64,000 bases of DNA, from contig OZ286459.1 in assembly GCA_965644265.1 (NCBI GenBank), forward strand, positions 155,620,001 through 155,684,000. The letters are read 5' to 3'. The translations under genes were made by a program, and so were the position numbers. The stretch comes from Glycera tridactyla (Eukaryota). This document shows positions 1 to 64,000 of this stretch, one piece after another (the first letter of the stretch is position 1; every line of letters begins with the position of its first letter). The notes below the pieces were generated by a model. The model was given only the letters and a program-made list of their open reading frames with translations. It was not told where the DNA came from and ran no database searches.

Positions 1-533
1 TCAGCAAATGGAAATGGAAGAAAATAATCTCAGCATTGTATAAAATGCATTACCAAACTCATCTCATCACAGTAACTTGGACTGTCTAGGTTACTCGAGT
101 AATCCCACACCTCATTATAACACAGTAACTTGGATACTCTAGGTACTGATCACCTTCAGTCAGTTCTTTATAGTCAGGTGATGCTCAGCAAATGAAAACG
201 GAAGAAAGATATTATCAGCATTCTATGAAATGCATTATCATACCTCCTCTGAGCACAGTAACCTGGACTGTTTAGGTTACTAAAGCATTTCTATACCCTA
301 TTTCAACACAGTAACTTGGATACTCTAGGGTACTGATCAACTTCAGTCAATTCTTCATAGTCAGGTGATGCTCAGCAAATGAGAATGGATGAAAAATATT
401 TTCAGCATTGTATGAAATGCATTACGAAACCTTATCTCAGCACTGTAACCTGGACAGTCTAGGTTATTTAAGCATTCCCTCACCCCATTTTAACACAGTA
501 ACTTGGAGACTCTAGGGTACTGATCACCTTCAG
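1..533. repeat. Tandem repeat, about 185-187 bp unit, about 3 copies visible (may continue upstream)
   Basis: tcagcaaatg recurs at 1, 185, 372; units about 80% alike by eye; internal sub-repeat cacagtaac(t/c)tgga..ctagg twice per unit. Confidence 0.9.
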
Positions 534-2578
534 TGCCTCATGTGATACTCATGAAGAGTCAGGCATATTTCAATTAAACATGATAGAAGTGGGTGGGCTT
601 GATCATACCAGCAACAAAATAGTTCATTATTAGTATTGTCTGTGTACTTTCCCTTACAATTACCCTAGCCCAATTAATTGCCCATTAGGTACTGAATGTC
701 TCTTTTCCTTCTTTGGAGGTGTAACTTCTGGTCCATGAGTGAGAGAAGCAGCCATCAAGACTTCTCTAAAAATTATAAGCATCAGGCACAAACTGACTCT
801 ATTGATGAAACTTTCATGCACCACAAATGTGAAAACTAGGGACATTACAGCGCAATTGCACCACTGGATACCAACACCAAACTCAAACTACAACACAGAT
901 GTAGGGAACTTGATTCAAGCTAGTATGTGGTGAAATATATTGATCATTTATGGTATGTTTGCTGTTCTGATGTCCATGTTACTGGCTCATATTGTGAGAT
1001 ACTGGCCATATGTTGAACCATTCCTATAAACCATTTTCACACCAAAATGCATGGATGACTTCCCTGATCAAAAACAGGCATCTGGTGAATAAAATGAGAC
1101 ACCTTTGACAGCTATCCCTATCAGAACATTTTTTTTAATGAGAAGAGTTTGTGCTGATTGAAAGAAAGTCCATGTTACTAACTACAGTCAGGTGTATCAA
1201 GACATTTCAGGAAAAAACTGACAAGTCAGCTACAATTGATAAAGTTGACCTATCATTACAGAAGGCAAACTGGGATATAACTGTTTTTCCACAGAAAGAA
1301 TTAATATTTTTTACTGCTGTTCATAATGTTTTTGTCCTGTTACTATGGCAAAAACTTTCATCAGCCTCTGTTCTCTCCACTGACACTACAGAGATCTAAA
1401 AGTTGCGGTGCAGGAAGAGGGCCCACAATATTTAGAAATTTTGATTCATTTGAAATATCCATGCTTTCTGTGATAAGCTATGACTGTATACATAGAAAGC
1501 ATTACTAGCACCTTTTCATCAGAAATGAGTGCCTGGTATACAACCATGCATGAACCTAATGTTCTAACACCTGTTGTATCTTGGTTCATTGTTGGTCTAA
1601 CCCAAATATATGCAAGTATTGTTGGAAGGACCAACTTCAAAATGGACCCCTTGGAACACAGGTCAGTGTTGTACTTTATGGCTGTGCCCATATGCAAAGT
1701 AATTTCCTCTCTTTTCTGCCAACTAATCAGTACCCATTCTTGTTTCATAGTTCGGAACAGCCTTTACTTATGAAAGGCTTCATTAAAAATGTGAATTTAC
1801 TGTCAATAGTGAATATTGAGGATTGAATCATCCACCCTTGAGTGATTGTTGGTGGATGAATGGGGAACTATGACAGAGAGGTCAGCTTTGATGGATTAAT
1901 GGGCTCCCAGCTGTGACATGGAATTTATCAATGGCAACACCAGTGGCGATTCATTGATTCCAATTCAGATTTCAGTATGTTTTAGTGGCTGCTCACAGAT
2001 GTTCATCAGGAAGTTAAGGTGAAATTTGGGAGCAATGCCCATATCTATACCTTGTATGGAATCATCATGTGCCATGAATTCTTGAGTTTTGCCTTTTGGG
2101 GCAACACCTGCAAATTTAGAGGGTTTTAATTCATTCGTACAGATTTCACGTTTGGATAATTTGAGTTACCTCCATTATGGATTGAACACTCATCCATTAT
2201 TTCAGTGATCCATGCCTTTGTTGATTGTGTTCACCAAAAATGATCCTCACATTTTGGAAGAGGTTTCTGTATGGCGGCATTGATTTGGAGTTTGTCTGGT
2301 CTCTGTATTGATTTGAACAATATTTCTACTAATGTTTGTTTTCATCTGGCCACACTACCAAGCTTATTTCTTCAATTTACTTGAAACATCATGGCATTTG
2401 CCTGTAAAATTCCCCTCTCTCCAAAAACACCCCTATTTTCCTGAAAATGCCATGTTTTTGAGAGAAGGGGCATTTCTCCCCCTGAAGTCAATTCCTACAT
2501 TGGACTCTGCCATGGTGAATTTTCACTGTCATGTTGTCAGTCTATACCGACAGATGGCAAGTGGGCGGCGGGCCTGGG

Positions 2579-2680
2579 GCCAGCAGTGAGTGTGGCACCC
2601 TGATCTGCCGGCCCAGCAGTGAGTGTGGCACCCTGATCCGCCTGCCCAGCGTGAGTGTGGCACCCTGATCTGCCTGCCTG
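2579..2680. repeat. 33-bp minisatellite, 3 copies
   Basis: cagc(a)gtgagtgtggcaccctgatc at 2581, 2614, 2647. Confidence 0.9.
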
Positions 2681-4019
2681 CTGGGGTGTTGGTTCAGTCT
2701 GCTCCTTGTTTGTGGCAGCCCACTCAAACCTCTCATCACCGCAGCTCCTGCAACTCTCTACAACATAATTGGTGGTTGTGATGTATGGCATCGCTTGATC
2801 TGAATGATTCAAACACTGCAGCTTGAGGGGTTTCCCGTGACTGCTGAGAATTATGAAGGATATTTTTGTTCTTGTGCTAGCCAGGTAAATCTGGTCAAAA
2901 TCCTTCTGCAGACAAAGACATTCGCCTGTCCATGTCAGCTTTCTGTCTTTCATGGTACGGTAAAACCTGCTTTAAGAGTCCCCCTAATGAGAGACCGCCT
3001 GTCTTGTGGAACCATCTCCCATGATCCCTTTGTATATTTGACTTATTCAAATTTACTTCTGATGAGGACTACATTTTTTGTAGGTCCAGTCTTTCATTAT
3101 TTCAGTGTTTGTTCTGTCATTAGCTGAGAAACTTTCTTATCAGCCTTAAGAGGGAGAGCTGTTTTGTAGGAAATGATACCACATTCCTGGTATACTGTGT
3201 ATCAATGCTTGTATTCTGGTGATGCATTCTGGCAGTTCTTTGCTGGTTGCAGTCAGATCCGTTGACATTGTAAGGGGTAGAATCACTCACAGAAGCGTAT
3301 GATAAAGTTGTGTGTAGTTCAAAACTCTCGACAGCAGATGGCCCATGTTCATGTGATGATTTATGAGTGTTTTGTTGATATTCGAATATGGGATTTTGTT
3401 GATATTTGATTGAAACCTCTAGGCTCGCTATTGAGCAGAATACAGTATTCCCAATTTCAGGACAATGTTATCATTGATGAGTATTCATGTGTATATGTTT
3501 CCGGATTTTATTACGGCAGATATCAGGTGAAACACTCTCAGTTCAGAGGACCTGTACAGAGTGGTAGGCACTTTTAGGAGTCCACAGATTTATGTGATGG
3601 GATTGTGATTCCAGAGGTCCTTTTCTGCATGGATAGAGTTAGAGATAGGAGTCTTGGGATTCAAAATTATGTTTAGTGAAGGTTATGTTCAGGTTCAGAT
3701 GGCATTATGGTTGTAGCAAAACCTCCAGTCCCTGCATGTAAAACTGGGGTGGGCCGCTATCTGTAGTGGGATAACTTATGCCATCAAAATTTGACTTCAT
3801 GAATAGAGAACTCCATACAGTCAAATCTGACTGGAACAGCCACCCCTGGTCTTAAATATGGCTTCTGTCCACAGGGAAACTCTGGTAAGGCTGCTCATGT
3901 CATAGAATACCACTTATTTGAAATGGTAGAATGCCTTTGCTGCAGCTTCATAAGTATGTAGAATTCATGGCCACAAATTTGGTTCTGTATGGTATAGGAA
4001 ACGGGTTATTTCTGATTTA

Positions 4020-4185
4020 TACAGTAAAACCAGTCTTGGGAGACCAGCCTGTAATGGGAGACCGCTCTTCATCGGCTCCTCACTATTTGACATAGGCAAA
4101 TATACCTCCAATGAGAGACCACCTGTCTTGAGGGACCGCTTTCCTTTGGCATTTGGGGCGGTCTCTCAAGACAGGTTTTAGTGTA
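4020..4185. mobile_element. Tc1/mariner-type MITE (TACAGT...ACTGTA class), subfamily 1
   Basis: Ends tacagtaaaaccagtcttgggagacc / ggtctctcaagacaggttttagtgta; inverted copy at 12156-12337. Confidence 0.8.
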
Positions 4186-4254
4186 CCATGATAATTGTGT
4201 AGTCATCCCCATGTATACAATTTTACAGCTGCTATGATTACTTAAATGTGTTGA

Positions 4255-64000
<59,746 letters not shown>

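Noticed and set aside
2579-2680. 33-bp repeats as a CRISPR array
   Set aside because: Head-to-tail with no unique spacers, no cas genes, and the context is a spliced eukaryotic gene.

Overview
Eukaryotic (animal, probably invertebrate bilaterian; taxon is inference) genomic DNA from a gapped scaffold (four N-runs). The window is an internal part of one + strand gene encoding a Rho-associated coiled-coil kinase (ROCK/Rok). I traced 27 GT-AG exons by hand (3404 coding nt, about 1134 codons, all phases consistent) from the kinase domain (LHFAFQD...HR|DVKPDN...DFG...GTPDYISPE) through the AGC C-terminal tail, coiled coil, Shroom- and Rho-binding regions, to the split PH and C1 domains. The N-terminal exons and the 3' end lie outside the window. 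One 28.6-kb intron splits the catalytic HRD motif; a 31-nt exon and a 24-nt frame-preserving microexon lie in the kinase-to-coiled-coil linker. Introns are filled with non-autonomous DNA transposons: at least four Helentron-associated (HINE/DINE-1-like) families, most copies ending in CTTGTT and all visible copies in the same orientation; CAGGG-terminal TIR elements with 5- or 6-bp target-site duplications, including a three-layer nest; a hAT MITE with 8-bp TSD; Tc1/mariner/pogo-type MITEs; and a Sola1-like element. No transposase, RNA gene or CRISPR array is supported. Nearly all ORF-track entries outside the exons are repeat artefacts. I found no new enzymatic system; the best leads concern transposon architecture and ROCK splicing.
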